34,866 nucleotides of DNA from a virus (taxonomy: Duplodnaviria > Caudoviricetes): positions 1-34,866 of IMG/VR virus record IMGVR_UViG_3300012953_000093; one strand, written 5' to 3'. The notes under the pieces were generated by a model, which made no database searches, was not told the origin of the DNA, and saw only the letters and a list, made by a program, of their open reading frames with translations. Made by a program: the position numbers and the translations under genes. Of this stretch, positions 7,615 to 15,738 are shown piece by piece (position 1 is the first letter of the stretch; the number at the start of each line of letters is the position of its first letter).

Positions 7615-7812
7615 TTATGGTTTAAAGTTGTCATAATATGACAGGTCGGTATTATTAACAAACTCCTGATAATCTCCGGGTTGTTGAATAATAATGGTTG
7701 TTACAGGCTGGGGACTTGAGTCGCCTCCGCCCACTCCCAATGCAACTAGCAAGCCACCAACGGCTGTAACCAATGCAGCGATAGCCGCAATGATTTTTGT
7801 TAGGTTGTTCAT
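7615..7812 (-). CDS. small membrane-anchored protein (start ATG 7812)
   Basis: GGAGGG RBS before ATG AAC AAC; TM segment IIAAIAALVTAVGGLLVALGVG. Confidence 0.7.
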   Translation of the reverse strand: MNNLTKIIAAIAALVTAVGGLLVALGVGGGDSSPQPVTTIIIQQPGDYQEFVNNTDLSYYDNFKP

Positions 7813-7874
7813 TAGCCCTCCGTTGTTGGACAACCAATGATACCTTATTGAGTGTCTTTAATCTAGAAAATATT

Positions 7875-8612
7875 TTAGGATTCTAACGCTGTGATACGGG
7901 TGCGAGCGTCCTTCAATGCGATGATTAAAAGAGAGATCAAACCTTTGGTACTCAACCCAGCAGGGATAACGTTATCGTCGTCATCAAACTCAGTAGTAAT
8001 AAGAAACGGGCTAACTCCATTTGCTTCCTCTGCTATTAAACTTATTTGTGGGTGATTACTTGTGTCATTTTTGTATGACCACATCTTAGGTTGAAGAGAA
8101 TCAATCATACTAGGTGTCAGATGATCTGCCATGTTTACATCAGCGACGTTCTTGTACCTGATGGATGATGTGTCTTGAACAAGTACAGCAAATCCGTTGA
8201 TCTCTACATTTGTTCCTGTGCCTACAGCACAAGTAGTTAGTATTGTCCCAGCATCTGCTATACCAACACGTTGGCTACCATTGGTATGAAATTCAAATGC
8301 AGTATCAGAGTCATCCCATACAATTTTAGTGGCTCCTCCGTCTTGATCACCCATTAAAAGTGTTGAATCACTTTGCCCTACACTTAACCAAAGGTTTCCA
8401 GTAGCAGCAAAGCCAGTCATTTGTAAAGTCCCACTTGTATCTTTAAGTGCAATAGCACCTACTTCAATATATGGCGCATATATATAACCATCGCCATCAA
8501 TTCTCCACCCAGTATTATTTTGAACAAAGTTTGATGATTCCATAAACCCACCGGGACCAATCTTATTATGATCGCGTGGTATTTCAGGTAAAAGATACGG
8601 AGGCTCGTACAT
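7875..8612 (-). CDS. short tail fibre/spike with C-terminal S74 intramolecular chaperone
   Basis: SSNFV...GWRIDGDG; SSIRYK...L.P..W.YK...LIAEE...P...LI.ALK...RI.ALE. Confidence 0.8.
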   Translation of the reverse strand: MYEPPYLLPEIPRDHNKIGPGGFMESSNFVQNNTGWRIDGDGYIYAPYIEVGAIALKDTSGTLQMTGFAATGNLWLSVGQSDSTLLMGDQDGGATKIVWDDSDTAFEFHTNGSQRVGIADAGTILTTCAVGTGTNVEINGFAVLVQDTSSIRYKNVADVNMADHLTPSMIDSLQPKMWSYKNDTSNHPQISLIAEEANGVSPFLITTEFDDDDNVIPAGLSTKGLISLLIIALKDARTRITALES

Positions 8613-10507
8613 TACAACCCTTGAACCGTAACAACTTGAACGCTAACAACCCCTTCAAACCAATCATCGTCATCAGACCACTTACTAATACTGCCAGCAG
8701 AATAAGACACGCCAGCAACGTAAACAGTTTTAGATTCACCACCCATAGTAAAGGTAACTAACGAACGATTCTCTGCAAGAGACTTCAAATAAACATAGTC
8801 ATCATAGGTATCGTGGTACACGTCACGATTCTGAAACCGAGTTTGTGTAGTAAGGATAATAGGTAACTCTATTATCTCTGACACAAACGGCATTGGTATA
8901 CAACGCAGCGTCCATCTATGCAGCACAGGTGAACCAGTGTTAGCAATTTGAACCATAGATATTTGCGGAGCGAACCATTCACCAGTAGCACCAGTGACAG
9001 TTGTTACACCGTCAGTAACAGCGTCAGCGGTAGACGAAGTAGCAAGACTCTTAGAAGTACCAGTCCCACCATAAGCATAGTCATCGCTTAACGCGCTTAA
9101 CGAAACGCTATCTCCTGTCACCAGTTTAGAAGTACGAACATCAGAAGATACAAGAGCCTTTAAGTCTGATATCCCCCACGTGAATCGTCCTTCATCTATG
9201 TAACCGTTTTCTTCTCGTTCGCCATTAGAAGCATTCTCTAAATAAACACCAGTATCTTTAATAGAAAACATGCGGCGATTATCAGAGGTAGTAATAATAC
9301 CTTGAACATCTTTATCTATAGAAGCAATCATAATATCTGTCGTGTATGCAGGAACAATCGTGCCAGTAAACTCTTTAAGACTTAACCTACCTAACCCACT
9401 ACGATCAGTAGTATCAAATGGCGAATCATAATCGTTCCAGTTAAACCAAATGAATTCACCCTGGGCTTCAAGGTAACTAACGCCACCGCTTATCTCTATA
9501 ACAGGACCATACGACAGATAGCCTTGTCCGTTAATAGTTGCAAGACGTATACCTCGTGTCGTTCCTATACATACAAGACTTCCATAATAAGAAATAACAT
9601 TAACTCTCTCACCATCAGGTAACTCAGCAGCAATAACAGGAGGATTTAAACCTGCCCCTATACTCGTATCATTAATACCAATATAGTAAATAGTTGATTT
9701 ATCTCCTAAAGTTGCAGCAGCAAAGATACCAACAGGGGTACCAATAACAGAGTTCCATGTCTCAACTTTGTAATCGTTATCTTGAATGTCAAGACTTGCC
9801 GCTGCCGGAGAACCAAAAGCAAGTTCAGTTAACCTACCTCCTGCTCCTGCAAGAACATAACCATTAGCAACCCAAACATCTGTAACACTAGCAACAGTCC
9901 AATAGTTATTAGTACCATCAACCTGCGTGCCACCTACAACAGTTCCTTCAATCCTTAAAACCCGACCATTACTAGCAACGTAACCATACCTGCCATCAGT
10001 CGCTATACCTCCAACATCGCCACCTAAAGCAGTTGTTTCAGTAACAGCAGTCCAGCCAGTTCCAATATTACTTGAATACCAAATGTTTGCCTCATCACAA
10101 ACATAAATGTAATCAGTATACGAACCACCGTTTTTATGTCGGGCAGTTGTCATATACAAATTATCGCCATCAATAGTTGCTGCGTTTTTAAGAGTTACTT
10201 TAGGAAGTAACTTAACCTCACCCTCAGTCCAAACATCCACACCAGAAGAAGCATAAAACCTACGATCAGAAGAAGTATTCAAATCAGCATTTAACTGACC
10301 AGCACCCAAAGACCAATCAGTACGAGAACGCTTCCACACACCAGCCTGATTCAACGACTGCTCACCCGGAGTACCCTGCGTATCAAACCCTTGCCTGATA
10401 GGATCAACAGTAGCCCGTTGAAGTCGTTGAGGATCTATGTTATAACGTCTATCACCGAGCCGTACAGGTAAAGAATCACGAACACTTTGATGTAAAGGAG
10501 AAGCCAT
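8612..10507 (-). CDS. tail nozzle / tubular protein B-like (beta-rich)
   Basis: 631 aa, beta-propeller-like composition, DW..GAGQ...F..S.GVDVW motif; follows the adaptor. Confidence 0.65.
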   Translation of the reverse strand: MASPLHQSVRDSLPVRLGDRRYNIDPQRLQRATVDPIRQGFDTQGTPGEQSLNQAGVWKRSRTDWSLGAGQLNADLNTSSDRRFYASSGVDVWTEGEVKLLPKVTLKNAATIDGDNLYMTTARHKNGGSYTDYIYVCDEANIWYSSNIGTGWTAVTETTALGGDVGGIATDGRYGYVASNGRVLRIEGTVVGGTQVDGTNNYWTVASVTDVWVANGYVLAGAGGRLTELAFGSPAAASLDIQDNDYKVETWNSVIGTPVGIFAAATLGDKSTIYYIGINDTSIGAGLNPPVIAAELPDGERVNVISYYGSLVCIGTTRGIRLATINGQGYLSYGPVIEISGGVSYLEAQGEFIWFNWNDYDSPFDTTDRSGLGRLSLKEFTGTIVPAYTTDIMIASIDKDVQGIITTSDNRRMFSIKDTGVYLENASNGEREENGYIDEGRFTWGISDLKALVSSDVRTSKLVTGDSVSLSALSDDYAYGGTGTSKSLATSSTADAVTDGVTTVTGATGEWFAPQISMVQIANTGSPVLHRWTLRCIPMPFVSEIIELPIILTTQTRFQNRDVYHDTYDDYVYLKSLAENRSLVTFTMGGESKTVYVAGVSYSAGSISKWSDDDDWFEGVVSVQVVTVQGL

Positions 10508-10509
10508 GA

Positions 10510-11442
10510 CTAACGTATCGTCGTTGGGAAGACAGCGCTGGTTGCGGCGTCAGCGCGAACTCCGTAAAGAGACATCAGCCTCCGAGCCTCCTGACTTACC
10601 CGACGATCATACTGGGCTTGAAGAAGCATGGAGTGCCGAGCGCGATCTCCTGCTGTCAGTGCTGAGTCACCCCGCGAATCACCCATTGCGTGCAAGTCTA
10701 GACGATTGGATTCTTCACCGAGCATCAGAGTTGCTGCCGCACCTAATGACGGAATATCTTGCATCTCTGCCTCCATCTTTACTGTACTCACCAGATCCGT
10801 ATTTAGATTCAGAGTAGAAGTAATAAACGGATGAGCGTAAGTTACACGAACAGTAACATTTTTTTCTAATCCTTCTTGCATAGCAAGCATCCAACCAGAA
10901 GCAAAATCTGTTGTGTTCATGTCGCGATATATTTTTACGTTAGTTTTAACCCAACGTTCTTTCTGAGATCTAGGGCTACGAGTTGCTTGAAGAATATGAA
11001 AGAAACCAGTAGAAGAAATATCAAAATTAACAGCAGTTTCTGTTGTAGATATAGAAGTCTCAGCAGAAGAAACAGCGTAAAGGTTATTAGGTATAGCCCT
11101 AATAGAATCTTTAACTGCTTCATAAATTTGAAACTCAGTAAAGCGTGGCTCTACCTCTATTGGAGTGTTAGCAGCCCAAGTCACAGCAGTACTACCATCA
11201 ACACCTCTTTGTATTGTCGCATACTCACCGTTACGGCTATGAACATACACAGTCTCAGGGGCAACAGATGCTGACCCACCTAAAGAAAGATAAGAACCTG
11301 CACGTATCCCATCAGTCTGATATTTCAAACGAACAGTAGTAGCAGACGAGTTTATCTCTGTATGAACAGCGTCAAGTTCGGTACGAGTATTACTATTTAA
11401 AAGTCTTTTAGTACGAGTAATAGCATCGGCAACAGTTGGCAT
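10510..11442 (-). CDS. head-tail adaptor / tubular protein A-like
   Basis: First gene after the MCP terminator; GGAGG RBS; helical termini with an inserted beta domain. Confidence 0.6.
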   Translation of the reverse strand: MPTVADAITRTKRLLNSNTRTELDAVHTEINSSATTVRLKYQTDGIRAGSYLSLGGSASVAPETVYVHSRNGEYATIQRGVDGSTAVTWAANTPIEVEPRFTEFQIYEAVKDSIRAIPNNLYAVSSAETSISTTETAVNFDISSTGFFHILQATRSPRSQKERWVKTNVKIYRDMNTTDFASGWMLAMQEGLEKNVTVRVTYAHPFITSTLNLNTDLVSTVKMEAEMQDIPSLGAAATLMLGEESNRLDLHAMGDSRGDSALTAGDRARHSMLLQAQYDRRVSQEARRLMSLYGVRADAATSAVFPTTIR

Positions 11443-11476
11443 AATAACCTCCGATTAGATAGTAGCAGACTAAACC

Positions 11477-11514
11477 AAGATTGGGGAGAGCCATCGCTGA
11501 CTCTCCCCCATCTC
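11477..11514 (-). terminator. stem-loop downstream of MCP (probable intrinsic terminator or mRNA-stabilising hairpin)
   Basis: 13-bp perfect inverted repeat AGATTGGGGAGAG / CTCTCCCCAATCT, followed by an imperfect U tract (TTGGTTT). Confidence 0.8.
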
Positions 11515-11540
11515 TCAGTAGTTACTGTTACTAGCAGTTA

Positions 11541-12710
11541 TCAAGCAGAACCTGTGTAGTCGGTTAGTTGCTTAAAGAAAGCCATGTGGCCTTGACCTTT
11601 AACTTGTAACCCTTCTTCACAAACGATCTGAACTTTGTCAGCATCGCCGGTTTTTGCTAGTGCTTCAACAACCAATGGTTGCATGACACGACGTGAAATG
11701 TTTTCTTTCTTAACGAGGAAAGCAGTTTCAGCGTTAACCCAACGGTTGCGTACAACGTCTACTTGTCCGAATTCGGAGAAGATTGACATTGTTGGTACAC
11801 GTCCACGACGAGGATCGTCAATAACGTGGCGCACCGTACTTGTGTTAGCGGTGTCATTAAGAGTTGTCAACGAAACTGGGTTAGCGATCAGAACATCTGG
11901 TACGCCTCCAGCGTTGTAGCATGCTTGCAACTGTGTATCAATGTTTGCAGCAGACAATGAAGTTGCTGTTGAAACGTTGCTTGATAGCCAGTATGCAAGA
12001 CCGCCTGTTGAACGCATCTTGTTGGTTGTGTCGTTTACAGGTTGACCGTAAAGGTAAGCCTGTTCACGTGTGATTACGTTCTCAATGGAACGATTAAATA
12101 CTTGCTTAGCAAATTCGTCCGGTACACCGTAACGACTAATCTGTTGTTCAGTACGTGACATCTCTACTGGAGTAGGACCGAAGATTTGCGTAAAGTTTGA
12201 ACGCATTACTCGGTCTGCTGCACGTGCAGTTCCGGGATCGGAACCTTCTGCTAAAGCAGTACCAAGGCAAGTTACAATGTCGCCAACTGCGATAGCAGTT
12301 TGAGCACTATGATTTGCCCAGCCAGCAACGGTAAGGTCGCCGGATGTGTTGTTAACACCAGTTACTCTAAGAACTGCTGCATGCTGTACTGCGCCTTCAT
12401 CCATGACGGAGACAAGATCTCCAACTTGGAATTTGTACGAGTCAGCAGCAGAAACAGATACAGTTGTTACGCTTGTACCAGTGCTTGAGTTAACTGCGTC
12501 AGCGGCTGCACGAGGAAGAAGAATCTCCTCGTCCATCCACTTGAAAGTTGTTTCGGTGCAACCAGACGAAGCAAGAATTTGCTTACCGTCAGAAGCGATA
12601 CCATTAATCATTGGCGAGTCAACTGGAGAGATGAGGTAAATTAACTCATCAATATCAATTTTCTCACCAACGGTAAGGTCGTAGGTTGTCACCTTGCCTG
12701 CATAAGACAT
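11541..12710 (-). CDS. major capsid protein (SU10/DUF5309-like, HK97 fold)
   Basis: ISP.D.P, F.W.DE, R.N.TQIF, S.TEQ, R.TGGL, LAKTGDA.K..I..E.GL motifs; AAAGGAG RBS; TGA TAA double stop. Confidence 0.9.
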   Translation of the reverse strand: MSYAGKVTTYDLTVGEKIDIDELIYLISPVDSPMINGIASDGKQILASSGCTETTFKWMDEEILLPRAAADAVNSSTGTSVTTVSVSAADSYKFQVGDLVSVMDEGAVQHAAVLRVTGVNNTSGDLTVAGWANHSAQTAIAVGDIVTCLGTALAEGSDPGTARAADRVMRSNFTQIFGPTPVEMSRTEQQISRYGVPDEFAKQVFNRSIENVITREQAYLYGQPVNDTTNKMRSTGGLAYWLSSNVSTATSLSAANIDTQLQACYNAGGVPDVLIANPVSLTTLNDTANTSTVRHVIDDPRRGRVPTMSIFSEFGQVDVVRNRWVNAETAFLVKKENISRRVMQPLVVEALAKTGDADKVQIVCEEGLQVKGQGHMAFFKQLTDYTGSA

Positions 12711-12757
12711 GGTTTAACACTCCTTTAAAGTGAAACTAAATGGATAAATGATCTGGG

Positions 12758-13108
12758 CTAGAAATTACCAGCCCGAACTTTCCGTAATTTCTCCTCATAC
12801 TTACCACGATTGTCGGCAAATTCTTTGACACCCATGGGTGTTCCATCATCAGGTCTAAGATATGGAGCAAAACTACCATCAGGTCTGTACTCTCCGGCTT
12901 TACCTTTTTCCCACGAAGGCTCTTGCCTACGAGGAGGTACCGAATTCATACGAGTAGGTGTAGAAGATGGAGTCACATTCCCAAACATAATCCTACGTAA
13001 CGTAGGTTCGTTACATTCAGGGCAATTTATATGTGCCTCATCTCGCATACTCTGACGTGTTTCAAATTCATGAAGGCAGTCAGAACACCGATATTCGTAT
13101 AACGCCAT
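12758..13108 (-). CDS. FmdB-family zinc-ribbon protein
   Basis: MALYEYRCSDC..EFE..QSM......CPEC....LRR; TAATG-coupled to the scaffold gene. Confidence 0.85.
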   Translation of the reverse strand: MALYEYRCSDCLHEFETRQSMRDEAHINCPECNEPTLRRIMFGNVTPSSTPTRMNSVPPRRQEPSWEKGKAGEYRPDGSFAPYLRPDDGTPMGVKEFADNRGKYEEKLRKVRAGNF

Positions 13109-13578
13109 TACCTGTTGGCTACTCGCTCATCCCCTTGACCAGCGGCTTCAAGAACTGTATGAACAAATCTCGCAGCAGCATCCTCTTTAGGACGACCATC
13201 TGCAATCATGTCTTGAAATTCTCTATGCCCTCTGTCATAAGGACTCTCAGTTGTTGCTTCAGGGGCCACACTATCTTGAACAAGAGCCTGTCTCTCAGCA
13301 GTAGAAGTATCAATCTCTTGACCTTCCGCAACTGAAGTAGGAACAGCACCAGTGATGGCACCTAATTCCTCAGCCTCAGCCCTAATGAGTTCTGGTTCCA
13401 GATCCCCATCGTAGGCTTTCATTAATAGTTGACCAGCCTTCTTCTCCAAATCAACACCTGCTTTAAGAAACGCCATTTCGCGTTTCATAGTATCAAGTTC
13501 AGATGAGGCTTTACGGCCCCGTTCTGCTGCTTCACGCAGATCCTTAATGCTGGTGTTTTCCTGATTCTCGGTTTCCAT
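13108..13578 (-). CDS. capsid scaffolding protein
   Basis: Acidic coiled-coil protein of 156 aa upstream of MCP; AAAGGAG RBS. Confidence 0.7.
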   Translation of the reverse strand: METENQENTSIKDLREAAERGRKASSELDTMKREMAFLKAGVDLEKKAGQLLMKAYDGDLEPELIRAEAEELGAITGAVPTSVAEGQEIDTSTAERQALVQDSVAPEATTESPYDRGHREFQDMIADGRPKEDAAARFVHTVLEAAGQGDERVANR

Positions 13579-13758
13579 GATGTCTCTCCTTTGACGACAC
13601 TCGCAAAGTCGGAGGTGACTCTACGGATAGATGACTAATACGGATGATCCAAACCGTCACAATTCGGTCCGTCTACCACTTTGTTTTACTTATCTAGAGC
13701 GTGGGCGATCTAGACAGATGAGGCTCACGTCGGCCCATAAGGAGCACGCAACGGCCTA
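13579..13758 (-). ncRNA. structured cis-regulatory 5' leader RNA of the scaffold-capsid operon
   Basis: Several hairpins with G-U pairs that form on the minus strand; ACCUCC anti-SD loop; alternative SD-sequestering stem. Confidence 0.6.
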
Positions 13759-13764
13759 ACGAAT

Positions 13765-13793
13765 ATTATACAGACAGGTGTGTATATATGCAA
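13765..13793 (-). promoter_or_regulatory. strong sigma70/SigA-type promoter TTGCAT-N17-TATAAT
   Basis: Minus strand reads ttgcat atatacacacctgtctg tataat; TATACA-N8-TGTATA inverted repeat overlaps it. Confidence 0.8.
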
Positions 13794-13796
13794 CTA

Positions 13797-14003
13797 TTAA
13801 TCAATAGAAGATGCTGAACCGTCACCGAAACGTGACGCTACACCTGACTTGACAACACTTAGCAACGCTGTTGCACCTGCCATAGCAGCAGTCTTAAGAG
13901 TACTCATGTCTCCCACTACAAAAACTGCAAGGAATGATTGAGCAAACGTTGCAATAGAACGCTCAGCCATATCCCGATAAAAATATCTAGTACTTACGGC
14001 CAT
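13797..14003 (-). CDS. holin (r1t/actinophage type)
   Basis: D.AERSIATFAQSFLA...A.ATALLSVVKS motif; two hydrophobic segments. Confidence 0.8.
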   Translation of the reverse strand: MAVSTRYFYRDMAERSIATFAQSFLAVFVVGDMSTLKTAAMAGATALLSVVKSGVASRFGDGSASSID

Positions 14004-14086
14004 TAGTAGCCCTTTCTTTTTTTGGTTTTTTTATACGGCTGTTTTTTAGCCTTACCTTTAGACTTTGATGTTTGCACTCTAGGCAT
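14003..14086 (-). CDS. 27-aa lysine-rich peptide (not in ORF track)
   Basis: MPRVQTSKSKGKAKKQPYKKTKKRKGY; GGGAG RBS; TAATG overlaps at both ends. Confidence 0.75.
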   Translation of the reverse strand: MPRVQTSKSKGKAKKQPYKKTKKRKGY

Positions 14087-15738
14087 TACGCGCTCCCTAA
14101 TCCTGTTCCTTGTTGTGTAAGCATAGCACCACCGCCACCACCAAAGTCGGCTATACGCTCATCTCTACGCCGCATTAAAGCACTATCTCCAAAGAACTCA
14201 GATTCAACTCCTTCTTCTTCAGCGATGAAATCTTCTTCACCAATCTTTTCAATAAATAAACTTTCTGCTGCTTTAATATTTGCAAACGAATCATATAATT
14301 GGTTTTGTGTTTGATTCAAAGAATTAATACGTTCAGCCTGCGACTGCGCTAAATCTAAATCGCCTTTAAATTCAGCCCAACCTGCTACCTCAGCAGCACC
14401 AACTTCAGCCTGTATCTCATCCCAAGATTTAGTAACACCAGTTTCATCTTCAGGATCTAAAAAAGCCATAATAAGATTCCCATCACCTGCTTCTCCATAC
14501 CAATCTCTGAACTTACTTTCAACTGCTTCAGGTACACTCGTACCTATAATCCGTCGCGCTGCTTGGAAACGTTCTTTCGCTTCAACAGAGTCAACACCTG
14601 CAGCAGTAATCCTTACCATAACATCGTTAAGATCGTAACCTGATTGCCCAAGATTAGTCATCTCGCTCATGATTACATCTTCTAAATCTAAATATTCTTT
14701 AATAGTAGGGATATCAAACATAAGTTTGTCGTCGCCTTCAGCCTGTGCTCTAGCATCTCTTAACGCAGTAATACCGGGAAACCTTATCCTAAATACTTCT
14801 GTGTCATACAAGTCAATAAGAACATCATCTAAACTATAATTAGGATCATTAATCCAATCATCAGATATTTCTCCCCATAACCCTCGTGCTTGATCTGGTG
14901 TTATACCGATCGCTTCAACAAGTGCTGTAACAAATGAATCCATTTCAGGATCATCTACTTGTACTTCTTCTTCGCCAAAAATTATACCAACTGTAGTATC
15001 TTTATCTTCAAATCCTTTTTCTGATTCTTTAGGGACATAGGGTTCATCGCTTTGCCAAATCTCACCAGTTTCTGAGTTCCTCCAATAATTAAGATCATCA
15101 CCCCATCCCCTCGTATCCATCATTCCACCATTTTCTAATGCGTTAACTTCGCTTGGGTTAGTGCGATACCAACCATTATCCTCGTCTGGGCCTCTATACC
15201 CCGGAGGTCTAGTAATATCTACACCAAATTTAGGATCATTAACTACTCTTCCGTCTGCTATTGGTGCGGTTCCCGAACCACTATCTCCTTCGCCTCCTAA
15301 ATTACGATCACCTGTACCAGAAGGCAAACCAAAATCCCAGTCAGTACCAATCGCTAACTCATCTAAAAAAATATCTATATCAATATTCGGAGGAGCAATC
15401 CCAGCAAGTTGATCCATTAAATCAGGACGATTACCAGTCACCATATCGTAATTGCCAATTAGATTATTAATTTGAGTAGTCCTATGCTGCTCAACAAATC
15501 TTTGAGTCGTTCTAAAATTTTCATCAACAATCCCATTTGGATTATCCATGCCAAGAAACTTTTGTACGGCTATAACAGCCTCACGAGTAGCAGGACCAAA
15601 CTTTCCATCCTCTTCTACGCTTTGATTAGCAAAAGTATTTAACCAAATCTGAAGTTCAAGAACATCAAAATCACCGTCAGGTTCACCATAACCAGTTCCC
15701 CTCCCACTTGACGGATCATAACTTAAAACTGCCATCAC
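14086..15738 (-). CDS. internal virion protein with N-terminal peptidoglycan-binding domain
   Basis: DVLELQIWLN.....DGKFGPATREAV..VQ..LG....GIVD; acidic; C-terminal R..F.GGGG tail. Confidence 0.65.
   Translation of the reverse strand: MMAVLSYDPSSGRGTGYGEPDGDFDVLELQIWLNTFANQSVEEDGKFGPATREAVIAVQKFLGMDNPNGIVDENFRTTQRFVEQHRTTQINNLIGNYDMVTGNRPDLMDQLAGIAPPNIDIDIFLDELAIGTDWDFGLPSGTGDRNLGGEGDSGSGTAPIADGRVVNDPKFGVDITRPPGYRGPDEDNGWYRTNPSEVNALENGGMMDTRGWGDDLNYWRNSETGEIWQSDEPYVPKESEKGFEDKDTTVGIIFGEEEVQVDDPEMDSFVTALVEAIGITPDQARGLWGEISDDWINDPNYSLDDVLIDLYDTEVFRIRFPGITALRDARAQAEGDDKLMFDIPTIKEYLDLEDVIMSEMTNLGQSGYDLNDVMVRITAAGVDSVEAKERFQAARRIIGTSVPEAVESKFRDWYGEAGDGNLIMAFLDPEDETGVTKSWDEIQAEVGAAEVAGWAEFKGDLDLAQSQAERINSLNQTQNQLYDSFANIKAAESLFIEKIGEEDFIAEEEGVESEFFGDSALMRRRDERIADFGGGGGAMLTQQGTGLGSA

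Noticed and set aside
10506-11274. 103-, 68- and 132-aa + strand ORFs
   Set aside because: Antisense to the adaptor gene inside a uniformly minus-strand operon; no supporting signals
11520-11545. MCP C-terminal readthrough or frameshift extension
   Set aside because: Tandem TGA TAA stops followed by a terminator-like hairpin
13690-13765. Hammerhead ribozyme on the + strand (CAGATGAG...GAA) or a tRNA
   Set aside because: Core is CAGAUGA rather than CUGAUGA, there is no GAAA, the stems need minus-strand G-U pairs, and there is no TTCRA/cloverleaf
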